The position numbers and the translations under genes are program-made. From NCBI RefSeq assembly GCF_006345805.1, contig NW_021833511.1:1-28704 (forward strand): a stretch of 28,704 nt of DNA, read 5' to 3'. Shown one piece after another: positions 10,421 to 21,595 of the stretch. The DNA is from Octopus sinensis. Its lineage: Eukaryota. The notes under the pieces were generated by a model, which saw only the letters and a list, made by a program, of their open reading frames with translations, was not told where the DNA came from and did not search any database. Position 1 is the first letter of the stretch; each line of letters starts with the position of its first letter.

Positions 10421-10691
10421 AGTGACAACAAAGTACCAGCTTGTATTCCCCACCTGTTACGCTTTCATTTCTCTTGCACGGCTCTACCACGTCGATGCCA
10501 AGGCTTTGCTTCTTGTGCACCTACAAAGTTGTTTTACCGTAAAAGTGCTGCTGCAGTTTCTTCTGTTAAAACGGCACGTCTATAGAAGTTTTTAAACAAC
10601 CTTGCAACAGGTGTAAATGCATTACTTTGATGTAATCGGCTTCAGTTTGAAGATACTGATGTTAGTGTCACTTGATTGCCCTTTTATATAG

Positions 10692-10717
10692 ACCTGTCAG
10701 GAGCACTCAATTAAAAG
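10692..10717 (+). CDS. Candidate 26-nt micro-exon, unidentified
   Basis: Acceptor CCCTTTTATATAG and donor AAG|GTAAGC; splice-site pattern only. Confidence 0.12.
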
Positions 10718-10916
10718 GTAAGCACAGGTAATAAGTTCATACCATGAAAGGTTACGAAACGAATTCATGTCTCAGAAGATAAATTAAATTAGTAATTTTA
10801 CTGCGTAGACTATCAACACAGCGGTAGACCGCACGCTGAAATAGCCTCAAATGATATATTTGATAATGAGTATACAATTAAAATGGAAAAGAATCTTATC
10901 GTTGCAGTTGTTTAAT

Positions 10917-11100
10917 GGGGAGAGTTCACGAAAAAGACAAAAGACGAAGATAGGTAGTGTAGAAAATAAACAGATGTATTAGTATAGCGCTCAGGAATTG
11001 AAAAAATCTTATGTTTCGAGCCTACGCTCTTCTGTAGAAAGGGACACAGAAAAAAAACGAGAAGAGAAACAAGGAGAGAAAAAATGTGTGTAGTAGCTAT
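10917..11100 (-). mobile_element. Solo Penelope-like pLTR fragment with degenerate minimal hammerhead motif
   Basis: Homologous to 28010-28173. Minus strand CTTT-CTACAGA-A-GAGC-GTAG-GCTC-GAAA-CAT at 11008-11043. Confidence 0.55.
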
Positions 11101-11544
11101 CGATCTATAATGGCGACTCCAGTTGATCCTGTCACCTCTTATCACACACGAACTTCTCCAATGGACTTTCTACTTATCTACCCTTTACGGATTCTCCTTT
11201 GGACATTTACCCTCCGGCTGCACCTCTCCTACCTATAGATCACTGTGGACTCTTTATGAAAAATCCTTACAGTTGTTTAATCTCGGATATGTAAGAAATA
11301 TTGCAAGTCCGAGAAAATAAAAATGAGTTAACAATTAACTATAGGCGCATGAGCGGCTGGGTGGTAAGTATAGGCGTAGAAGTGGCTTTGTGGTAAGTAG
11401 CTTGCTTACCAGCCACATGGTTCCGGGTTCAGTCCCACTGCGTGGAATCTTGGGCAAGTGTCTTCTGCTATAGCTTCAGGCCAACCAAATCGTTGTGAGT
11501 GGATTTCGTAGACGGAAACTCAAAGCTCGTCGTATATATGTATA

Positions 11545-12112
11545 TGCACTCGGTACGATCCGTTTATTTTTGGTAGTAATGACTTTGAAAGTCCCTCCTA
11601 GCGTGTGGCATTTATGTGTAATAATGCCCTCTATATAATATAAATAAATATTTTCAAGTGAAAAAATTTCAGATTTTTTCTCTTATGAGGTTTTTCATGC
11701 TAACTACTGATAATTTGTGTAAGATTTCTTATTAAGATTTTATCCCTTAATTGTTAAATTTATTCCGATGAAACACGCTTCTTCCCGAAATGCAGTTCGA
11801 AAAAGCCCGCCATTTACATAAATATATGATGAAGGAACATTTCCATGTGCTACGATGGACTCGACGGTTCTCTGTTTGGTTCCGCCAGGTATGTCGGGTT
11901 TGTTTATTTTTGATATGTTTTGAATATGTTTCACTGATGAACAAAAGACGTAGATAATACGTTAATTGCGAAATCACAGGTGATCTGGAACTAAATTCTG
12001 TTTTTAAATGTCTTGCTTCGAGAGCTGCACTCGGCGCGATCCGTTTATTTTTGGTAGTAATGACTTTGAAAGTCCCTCCTAGCGTGTGGCATCTATGTGT
12101 AATAATGCCCTC

Positions 12113-12123
<11 letters not shown>
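11545..12123 (+). mobile_element. Retrozyme-like non-coding element: 481-nt unit + 98-bp terminal redundancy
   Basis: Direct repeats 11545-11642 and 12026-12123 (3 mismatches in 98), internal hammerhead fold, no credible ORF, inserted in (TA)n. Confidence 0.65.
11922..11998 (+). ncRNA. Type I hammerhead ribozyme fold
   Basis: Core CUGAUGA 11934-11940 and GAAA 11970-11973. Stem III AUCA/UGAU, AUC cleavage triplet (cut after C11985). Stem I GUUUCA/UGGAAC plus GAAU/AUUC beyond an internal loop. Stem II CAA/UUG plus ACGUA/UACGU. The conserved G10.1 is A here. Confidence 0.75.
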
Positions 12124-12181
<58 letters not shown>

Positions 12182-12779
12182 TGAGTCTGTGTTTGTCCCC
12201 CCTAGCATTGCTCGACAACCGATGCTGGTGTGGTTACATCCCCGTAACTTAGCGGTTCGGCAAAAGAGACCGTTAGAATAAGTACTGGGCTTACGAATAA
12301 TATGTCTTGGGGTCGATTTGCTCGACTAAAGGCGGTGCTCCAGCATGGCCGCAGTCAAATGAAAATGACTGAAACAAGTAAAAGAATAAAAGAGAATATA
12401 CTAAAAGACATGTCGCATTTCAGGTTTAAGAATTAAATATGATAAATGCGTTAACGAATTCATAAAACAAGCTATTTGTCATGTAAAAGAACAGAATCCC
12501 AGACGACTAGTAATATTCTGTGAAGGCTAAAAGGAATCTTTGTATGAATTTGCTGACCGTTTGCATGTATAATCGACTGCACAGCTGCAACGCTTTCCCG
12601 TATCTGTCCGCGTTTATGTAAGATATTTGTATAGTTCGTTCACTTTTATAGCTTACATGAAAACAACATATAATGGGTATCGAATAAGGTATATTTTACT
12701 TTGCATTGTGTTTGAAATCTTCCAACAATACACACGCGCTTATGAGTTACACGCACACCAACGCACATTAACACATGTA

Positions 12780-12808
<29 letters not shown>

Positions 12809-12811
<3 letters not shown>

Positions 12812-13218
12812 GGCGCAGGAGTGGCTGTGTGGTAAGTAGCTTGCTAACCAACCACATGGTTCCGGGTTCAGTCCCACTGCGTGGCATCTTGGGCGAGTGT
12901 CTTCTGCTACAGCCCCGGGCTGACCAATGCCTTGTGAGTGGATGTGGTAGACGGAAACTGAAAGAAGCCCGTCGTATATATGTATATATATATATATGTG
13001 TGTGTGTGTATGTGTTTGTCCTCCTAGCATTGCTTGACAACCAATGCTGGTGTGCTTACGTCCCCGTCACTTAGCGGTTCGGCAAAAGAGACCGATAGAA
13101 TAAGTACTGGGCTTACAAAGAATAAGTCCCGGGGTCGATTTGCTCGACTAAAGGCGGTGCTCCAGCATGGCCGCAGTCAAATGACTGAAACAAGTATAAG
13201 AGTAAAAGAGTAAAAGAG
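12809..13218 (+). mobile_element. tRNA-derived SINE family B, full length
   Basis: Complete head, internal (TA)n(TG)n, (TAAAAGAG)n tail. Confidence 0.92.
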
Positions 13219-13561
13219 ATATGCGTGTATGTGTGTTTGTATATATGTATATATATGTGCGTATATATGATTATACATCTGTATATATATGTACAGCCAT
13301 GTACACACATATGCATACGACATATTCATACATACACGAGATTTTATAAATTTGAATGGCGGTTAAGTGCCTTTAGGTACTGGTCAACTTGTAATTTTGA
13401 ATAGTTGTTTTTAGACATGATTTTTAAAACATTTGAACAGCGACAAAGTGTCTTATTGTTGTCGGTAAATGTATCTTTTCGATAATAATCTCATAATTTA
13501 TTGAGATGTTGTTTGTAATTTTCAATAAGAAAATATATTTCATTAATTCTTGCTTCTTCAG

Positions 13562-13825
13562 CGGTTTTGTCAGAATATAAGTACTTATAATGAAAAGTAT
13601 AATCTTTTTGTCTGGGAAGAAGACAGTACCCACGACCCTTTACAAGGTTTCCAAAAGCTGGTGAAAAGGAAGGAGAAAAGTAACCTACTACCAGATATAT
13701 GGTCTAAATGCTTGCAACAGAGTGCAATCCGTTACAAACATCCAAAGTTCCGAGTGGTATGGTTAAGTCAAGCCACGAGTTACATCTACCACCAATTACT
13801 CATGAATCCAACAGCTCACTTATGA
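13562..13825 (+). CDS. Candidate coding exon (RFCQNISTYNEKYNLFVWEED...), unidentified
   Basis: Pyrimidine-rich acceptor TTCTTGCTTCTTCAG followed by 87 stop-free codons in AT-rich DNA; possible donors at 13757 (GTATGG) or 13762. No recognisable family. Confidence 0.25.
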   Translation, partial: RFCQNISTYNEKYNLFVWEEDSTHDPLQGFQKLVKRKEKSNLLPDIWSKCLQQSAIRYKHPKFRVVWLSQATSYIYHQLLMNPTAHL

Positions 13826-13929
13826 ATATTTCTCCGATACAAGCAAATTCTTATTTGCTGAAATTTAGCCTTGGTAAAGAATAATTGTAGGGATATTTGT
13901 TTATCCTTGTTTATCCAGAGTCATTGAAG

Positions 13930-14440
13930 ATGCTTCGGGGTGCTTCAAAATTGGAAGTACGTCCTTGGAAGACGATGAGCGATCTGGAAGACCTGCCACA
14001 AGAGACTATCAGGGCCAAACCATCAATAGAGAGGTCTATTACAACGTTTTCAAGCGTGTGAGGGTGACAATTTGGCGAAAGCGTCCAGATCAGTTAGAGT
14101 GCAAAGAATTGGATTCTTCCCGACGTGAATGCACCCCTGGTACCGAGTTTTCCTCATTCTTTAGTTTCCCGTCAAAAACAACATGGTATCACTTCCCCAC
14201 CCGCTCTATTCGCCAGGTTTAGCACCTGCAGACTTCCATCCCTTCTCCAAGATGAAAATTCAGCTCAAAGGTCACCGTTTTAACACCGTTGTCGCGATCC
14301 AGAGCGAATCGCAGAAGGTCTTCGACTCGCTAATACAAAACGACTTCCAGGCCAGATTCCAAAAGTGGCAGGGAGACTGGGGTCGGCTTATTGCTGTGCA
14401 AGATGGCTATTTCGAGAAGATGATGTTAGAACATATATAA
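13930..14440 (+). pseudogene. Internally deleted mariner transposase remnant
   Basis: SLEDDERSGRP (end of HTH) fused to GQTINRE.YY..KR.R..I.RKRP; degenerate W-L--DNAP; HPLYSPGLAPADF; LKGHRF; C-terminal GYFE. Confidence 0.85.
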
Positions 14441-15000
14441 ATAAGTTATATTTTATTAACAACTAGTCTTTGCCTGATTCGTTCTTTATGTTATTGGTTA
14501 TCTATTAACCAACCATAACAAATTCATGGCCTTTAAAACACGATAGATGACCTATTAGATTATGTGACTGACCGTAACCCCCTGTCCACCCCCCGTAGGA
14601 TTTAAGCTACTCGATAAATAAAAAATAACGGAAAATAATAAAGTATCTTGATTAATACCGGAAATTTCTTCCTTTTAGTACCAACTAATATCATAGGTAT
14701 TAATATAAGTAGATTGGGGTACTTTGTCTCCTTGGTTTAAACAGCTGTAAGATATATATTATCCTATATTTCTGTGATCTACGTTATATATTTAAATAAT
14801 TACTGGTATTTTTATATATTGTATATATAAAGCATATTATGCTATACATGCATGTATATTGTCATAATGGTGTGTTTTAAAGATAAATAAATTGACATAA
14901 TATAATGTCTAAAAGTTGATGAATACCACCTCTTGATCCCCTCCATTTTCTTATTGCCATATATATATATATATATATGTATGTATATATATATATATAT

Positions 15001-15116
15001 GGTTCCGGGTTAAGTCCTACTTCGTGGTACCTTGGGCAAGTGTCTTCTGCTATAGCCTCGGGCCGACCTATACCTTGTGAGTGGATTTGGTAGACGGAAA
15101 CAGAAAGAAACCCATC

Positions 15117-15164
<48 letters not shown>

Positions 15165-15384
15165 ATGTATATGTATGTGTGTATGTGTTTGCCCCCCCCC
15201 AACATCGCTTGACAACCGATGCTGGTGTGTTTACGTCCCCGTAACTTAGGGCTTCGGCAAGAGAGACCGATAGAATAAGTACTAGGTTTACAAAGAATAA
15301 GTCCTGGGTTCGATTTGCTCGACTACAGGTGGTGCTCCAGCATGGCCGCAGTTAAATGACTGAAACATAAAAAAAGGAAATAAA

Positions 15385-15387
<3 letters not shown>
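15001..15387 (+). mobile_element. Family B SINE lacking the first part of the head
   Basis: Starts GGTTCCGGGTT after (TA)n; internal (TA)n; normal 3' half. Confidence 0.88.
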
Positions 15388-15432
<45 letters not shown>

Positions 15433-15836
15433 ATATATTCTAGTGTATTGGGAGTCTCTTAAGTGCTTTTCCTAGTTCCGGAGTATCAGTCTGTTGTTTT
15501 CGCATGTTGTATTCCACTATTAATGAACATTAATTGATACTACCTTTCAAATAGTGTTTGTCTTTAATTATTTATGTCGTAGACGCTACGAAAGTTGCAT
15601 AAAATCACGTGTCTTAAAATAACTAATCAACATTATGCATCCACTAATTAAAAATTACCATCATGGGTATTGTCTTCAAGCTGGGTTTTTTTTTTAATAT
15701 AGAGCGTGAATGTAAGATAGTATTAGTAATATTTGTGTTCGAAAATCGACCCGTGAAGTTAATATAACTATTTTTTTTTAAATTCTGCATATCCATTTTC
15801 AACTCTATTTCTTTATGTATCTTGTGTGGAGAAAAG

Positions 15837-15871
<35 letters not shown>

Positions 15872-15940
15872 ATATATATATATACAATCCACATACTACA
15901 ACCATTTTTTAGACGCAAACCAGAGAAACAGAGATGTGAA

Positions 15941-18221
15941 ATGGAAACAAATAAACAAGTCCAACCGAAAATAATCAACCTGTCAAAGAAAATCCTGAGT
16001 TCTATACAAATCAAAATCCTAGCAAGAGGTTTAAAATTTATCCCTACCCCCCGCAGATCGAACCCAAATGAAATTAAGGACAATACTTTGGACTTCTGCC
16101 GAAAATTACGCCTCACAGAAGCTCTTTACAACTACACCACTGAAGATGACTCAATAGTGAAAGACAAAAGTGAGTACCATCCTACAACAGGTAGAAATAA
16201 AGGACTTGATGTTTTCTGTGATCACATAACTTGTTTTCTTTACAATACAATTCCAAAACAACATATAAAATCCAACCTTAATTTAAATGAATGGAAAGAC
16301 CTTGTCGAGCTAAAAAATGACATAAACCTCACTATTAAAGAAGCCGACAAAGGAAGTGCGGTAGTATTGATGGATACAGAGTACTACAAAAATTTGATAC
16401 TTCCATGTTGGAAAATAATACTTACTATGAAAAACTAACATATTACAACCCACAGAAAACACTGAATAACTTATCCTCCTTACTCCAAATTCATGGAAAG
16501 GGTCTTACAACACATGAAATTGACTATCTATCCAATTTCAAATACAGTCCTAGTCTATTCTACGGATTACCCAAGATACATAAAAATCCACTCATTTGTG
16601 AAGCCTGCAAAGTCTCTACAAACCTATCCATTAATGTCCCTCCACCTACTGACCTCAAACTCAGACCCATCATAGCTGGCCCTTGCGAAACCCACCATTT
16701 GAGTAACTTCCTTGACATATTACACAAACCTCTTGTAAAAATATGTGAAAAGCTATATCGGGGATGACCTAGACATGCTGAACCACTTCCCGAAGACAGT
16801 AAAGGACGGAACTCTACTGGTATCTTTCGATGTGGCGAATCTATACACTAATATCCCACATGACTATGTTATAGAGGCAATCACATTTTGGCTAGAAAAA
16901 TACCCAGAAGAGATCCCAGGACGAATTAACCACAATTTTATAATTGAAGCACTGAAATTCGTCCTGTTCAACAATCATTTCTTGTTCGATACTACTTACT
17001 ATCGACAGAAATGCGGAATTGCAATGGGGACCAGAGCTGCTCCAGTGATTGCAAACCTCGTAATGGGTTACCACGAACTTAAGTTATATTAATCATCACT
17101 AGAAAAATATGGCGCCTCTTTCAATTACTACTTAAAGGAGAACTGGAAGAGATATTTAGATGATTGCTTCATACTTTGGCAAGATAGCATGGATCAACTC
17201 CTTGATTTCAAAAGAATGCTCAACAACATACACAGCAATATACAATTTACTATGGAACACAACAGTAAGCAACTACCTTTTCTAGACATCTTAATTAGAA
17301 TAGTTAACAACCACATAGAAACAGACATCTTTTATAAACCCACAGATTATAAACAATACCTATTATTTAACTCCTGCCACCCCCAAACACATAAAAATCA
17401 ACATACCCTTTAACCTAGCAAAAAGAATCTGCACCATAGTTTCCGATACATACACTCGTGAACATAGACTCCTTGAACTTAGATCTACACTAACTAAAAG
17501 ACACTATCCAATCTCATTAGTACATGAAGGCATCAAAAGAGCTAAGGAAATAGATATACAAAGATTAAGGAAAACTAGCAGAAATACTAAACAAGAGTTA
17601 AAGATACTCCCGTACATCACACATAACCCCAGAAACAACGAAGCCTTCAACATCATCACCCAAAACCTTCCCATCCTCACAGCAGACAAAACAATGAACG
17701 AAATATAAAATTATAAAAAGCAAAAAGCAACTAAAGTCACTGAAAGAATATTAACCAGCGCTAGACTTTACCCACTAACTACTGAGCCAAAAGTGACAAA
17801 ATGTGGACGGTCTAACTGTGGAACATGCCCCCACCTTCTGGAGGGTTCAGAATTCCAATCCAAACAAAGAGAAATATTTAAGATCAAATCAAATTTCACC
17901 TGCGCCTCAGCAAATGTAATCTATGTCATGACATGCATAGGATGTAGTAAACTCTATATTGGACAAACAGGAATTTCTCTCCGTCAAAGAATCACCATTC
18001 ACAAAGAGCAAATCCGTCACACACAATACAGACAGTTAAAGGTGAGTGAACACATAGAAAGATGTGCCAGGAATCTTAATCCCAATTTCCAAATATTTCC
18101 CTTTTACCAATGCTCACAGAACACCACAATGCAACAAAGGTTGAATAAAGAGGCATTTTTCATCAACAAATTTCTCCCCCAACTAAATATGAACACAGAA
18201 CTCAATACAGAACACCACTAA
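15941..18221 (+). pseudogene. PLE RT / GIY-YIG endonuclease polyprotein, disrupted
   Basis: Motifs IINLS..RGLKFIPTP, ADKGSAVV, FYGLPKIHK, LRPII, SFDV.NLYTNIPH, Q..GIAMG..AP.ANL, RYLDD (YLDD 17153-17164), LPFLD, YKPT, CHP, CGRSNCGTC, VIY-x10-YIG (17916-17963). Frameshifts near 16402, 16741 and 17384, stop at 17090, lesion near 17705-17750. Confidence 0.92.
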
Positions 18222-18279
18222 CTCTTCAATTGAAACCACTAAACCCTATACACTACCTACATCACTCACATCTCTAATT

Positions 18280-18369
18280 CCAGAACTACTTACATCCCTT
18301 ACAAATAGTCCAGAACTACTTACCTCCCTTACAAATAGTCCATAACTACTTACCTCCCTTACAAATAAT
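18280..18369 (+). repeat. 3 x 30-bp tandem repeat in the PLE 3' region
   Basis: CCAGAACTACTTACMTCCCTTACAAATAGT at 18280, 18310 and 18340. Confidence 0.95.
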
Positions 18370-18665
18370 CTTTTGTTCAAACGATGAATAGCTTTCGCGT
18401 AAACTATTGGTTCGTTTTGTTCTCTTACTTTATTATCATCTTAGAAACATCTCATATTAATGACCTTTATGACTTGTATTACTACCTCAGTCAATCTAAA
18501 TGTATATATTTGTCACTACCTGTCATAAACAGCCATTTTCTATTTGCGATATGCATTTTCGTTGATTTTTCATATTTTACCCTTACATTTCCACGTGTAT
18601 TTTATATTTTCTTTTCGTAACATATTTCTACTATATATATATATATATATTATATATATAGATAT

Positions 18666-18972
18666 ATCACGTGACCACGTGACCGACCAGACCATCAGAT
18701 GTTGTTACACATCGCTGGTCACAATGCGTTCGCATTGTTTTAGCCTTCGAATGACGCCACCCCGCTGGCTAAGCGAGCAGGCCAACAGAAGAAAAAGTGG
18801 GAGAAAGAGTGGTGAAAGAGTACAGCAGGGATCACCACCCCCTGCCGGAGCCTCGTGGAGCTTTTAGGTGTTTTCGCTCAATAAACACTCACAACGCCCG
18901 GTCTAGGAATCGAAACCGCGATCCTGCGACCGCGAGTCCGCTGCCCTAACCACTGGGCCATTGCGCCTCCAC
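18666..18972 (-). mobile_element. tRNA-derived SINE family C with tail C2
   Basis: Head GTGGAGGCGCAATGGCCCAGTGGTTAGGG...GGTTTCGATTCC; tail ends GGTCACGTGGTCACGTGAT then (AT)n. Confidence 0.88.
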
Positions 18973-19014
18973 ACATACACACACACACACACACACATAC
19001 ACACACACACACAT

Positions 19015-19052
<38 letters not shown>

Positions 19053-19053
<1 letters not shown>

Positions 19054-19290
19054 GTTAATCCAAACAAGAAAACAGAAAAAAAGAGAAAAAAAACACAGCA
19101 ACGCAGGACGTGGAACAATTAAAGTATTATTGACGCTCAGGAAAGAAGGAAAGGAGGGTTTAACGTTTCGAGCGGAGCTCTCGTCGGAAAGAAACAAGGA
19201 GAAGGAAAGATCCCAAGAAGGGAAGACAGAGGAAAAAATATTTGAGCTGGTGGTGCTCAAGAGATCACATGTTGAAAGAACAGAAGTTGA
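19053..19290 (-). mobile_element. Solo Penelope-like pLTR fragment with minimal hammerhead motif
   Basis: Minus strand CTTT-CCGACGA-GAGC-TCC-GCTC-GAAA-CGT-T-AAA at 19158-19191; (TA)n on both sides. Confidence 0.6.
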
Positions 19291-19301
19291 GATATATATA
19301 T

Positions 19302-19363
<62 letters not shown>

Positions 19364-20107
19364 GACACACATATAGATAGATAGATAAGGTTTTTTTCAT
19401 TGGAAATACCATAGATATACACATTTCGTCATACGACCTTTCATTAGTAATTTGTTTAACGTTTTCCCCGTTTTATCTTACGTATCTATTGAAATTGTAA
19501 GTTTTCTATACTAGTTTTGGCATATGTTCCCAACAATTATCTACAATAAATTCTTCTCCGTAATCCTCAAAGTTACACTTTGGCAAATAGCTTTGGTGCT
19601 ATTTAATTTCATTAATCTTTTGTTAACATGGTATGTCAATAGATCTTATGCAACACTGTATGTCAGAGACATATAAATGCCTTGTTCGTACATACAATAT
19701 TTTCGTTGACAGAACAGAGATAAACTGGCCTAGGTTTTGTTTGTTTACATAAAATAGATCAGAAGAAATAGGCTATAAGTTTTAAGGCAAACACAAGCTC
19801 TGTTGATACAAAAATGTTTCATTTCCTGTTGTGAAATAAAGTTCAAACAGGCATAAAGAGAATATTATACTTCAGTTGAAGTTGCTTCAGCATCTTTGGT
19901 CAATAAAATCTTTAGAACACACATTCAAAATTTTCCCTGGAATTTATTTCCCTTCTTTAGTTTGGCCAACTTCATCAATTCTATAAACCTCACAAAATTA
20001 AGATCTATTACAAAAGCGTTGTACACATTTTAGAACAACCCCAAACGGTTGTTCACCGAAAGACAAATATATGGTTATTTCAGCAATGAATAATTTTGTT
20101 TTTTTAG

Positions 20108-20258
20108 GCTTTACATTCTCCGTAATAGCTTCACAAATTTCACTGAATTGCAAGTCTCTTGTTTCTTGGAGAGAACCGTTAGTGACAGTTTGTTAATAGC
20201 TTCTACGACAGCCTTCGACAGAGATAAATGTGTTAACTTGTGTAAAACGTTAGGTCAG
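20108..20258 (+). CDS. Candidate coding exon (LYILRNSFTNFTELQVSCFLERTVSDSLLIASTTAFDRDKCVNLCKTLGQ)
   Basis: Acceptor AATTTTGTTTTTTTAG, open frame, donors TAG|GTCAGG (20254) or CAG|GTTTCT (20259). No recognisable family. Confidence 0.25.
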
Positions 20259-20357
20259 GTTTCTTTTTTTATATATACTAGAATTGGTCGTAGAACATCG
20301 CAATCATGTTTCAACAAAGTCGATAATACTCAGTTAATACCGCTGATACATACATAC

Positions 20358-20388
<31 letters not shown>

Positions 20389-20462
20389 TATATATATATA
20401 TACGATATGTATATATATGTGTGTACTTATGTATGTATAAATAAATATATATATATATATAT

Positions 20463-20577
20463 ATATAAATATATGAAAGAATGGAGTTGAACGACGAATT
20501 AACAAAATTCCTTTATTTTGAAAATAAAGGAATTTTGTTAATTCGTCGGTCAACTCCATTCTTTCATATATTTATAT
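20463..20577. repeat. Near-perfect palindrome, 57-bp arms, 1-nt spacer
   Basis: 20463-20519 versus 20521-20577 reverse-complementary with one mismatch; centre G20520. Confidence 0.97.
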
Positions 20578-20710
20578 TAAAAAAAAACCATACAAATTTC
20601 CACACGAAAGCACGTAACTTCAACCGTGTCTTCTCTGATGTGAATTTGCTACCCAGGTATCGGTTAACCGAATTATCCATAACAAGATAATTCATTCAAC
20701 TACTCAAATA

Positions 20711-20762
<52 letters not shown>

Positions 20763-20786
20763 TTTGTATATGTTTGTTGTATATGT

Positions 20787-20978
20787 TTTGTCCCCCTAAC
20801 ATCGCTTGACAACCGATGCTGATGTGTTTACGTCCCCGTCACTTAGCGGTTCGGCAAAAGAGACCGATAGAATAAGTACTAGGCTTACAAAAAATAAGCC
20901 CTGGGGTCAATTTGCTCGACTAAAGGCGGTGCTCCAGCATGGCCACAGTCAATGACTGAAACAAGTGAAAGAGTAAAG
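20787..20978 (+). mobile_element. Family B SINE 3' half
   Basis: TTTGTCCCCCTAACATCGCTTGACAACCGATGC...GACTGAAACAAGTGAAAGAGTA, preceded by (TA)n. Confidence 0.9.
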
Positions 20979-21099
20979 TGTAACTAGGCACAACGAAATC
21001 ATTCGAGAAGTGACTGGGAAAGCGACACATAACGTATTTCACGAATACAAACATTGAGAAGCCGCAATAACTGCGAAATACATATCTGTCTTTCTCATG

Positions 21100-21595
21100 G
21101 TCACTTCTCGGGCGATTCCGCTGCGTCTGAAGTATATCATGGTTTTCTTTAACAAAATATGTCTATAAAGTAATTTTTCAGGGCGAAACCACTACCTCTG
21201 GGTTTTCAACTACACACACACATTAATCATGTTATATGGATAAAGCTTTCATCACAAAACTACTTCTATTGCATGAATCGAATTATTCTGCTAATGCAGC
21301 GCATTTGCAAACCTGTGCATAGTTTATAGATTACGTCTATATAATACACACTCGCTGATTCAATTTTGTTCTGGAAAAGCCACGAGGACGTAATAACAAC
21401 GCTGTTACTTCTGGGTTGATTTTGTTTCACCTGGTCCAAAAGTTTATGATATTTTTTGAATCGCAATACGTCTATAAAGGAATTATTCTCGGACAAAAAC
21501 AGCAGCTTCTGGATTTCCAACTACACACAATACATGAAACATCTTATATTGACGAAGCTTATATTATAAAACTGGTTCTATTGCATCGTTCGAGT
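21100..21595 (+). repeat. Old diverged tandem duplication, period about 310 bp
   Basis: Colinear matches GTCTATAAAG (21161/21470), CAACTACACAC (21207/21518), TTCTATTGCAT (21264/21576). Confidence 0.6.

Larger units (their letters stand above)
11370..12397 (+). mobile_element. tRNA-derived SINE family B interrupted by a 579-bp insertion
   Basis: 5' half 11370-11544, insertion in the internal (TA)n tract, 3' half about 12124-12397; partial duplicate head at 11341-11369. Confidence 0.9.
15885..18630 (+). mobile_element. Penelope-like retroelement (Neptune group), probably 5'-truncated
   Basis: RT + Cys linker + GIY-YIG pseudo-ORF and about 400-bp 3' region, bounded by (TC)n(TA)n and (TA)n. Confidence 0.85.

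Noticed and set aside
11747-12208. 153-aa minus-strand ORF across the retrozyme-like unit
   Set aside because: Starts in SINE/microsatellite sequence, antisense to the ribozyme, no recognisable motif.
15815-15940. N-terminal extension of the 207-aa ORF (MYLVWRK...SLSLSL)
   Set aside because: Runs through the (TC)n(TA)n tract outside the element; PLE homology starts near 15970.
18378-18415. Hammerhead-like trace in the Neptune 3' region (ACGATGA...GC-TTTC-GC-GTAAAC)
   Set aside because: Both core segments are altered and no stem I can be formed.
20108-20258. Faint resemblance of the candidate exon to the Q-motif region of Ski2-like helicases
   Set aside because: No Walker A (GxGKT) at the expected position, so no assignment is made.
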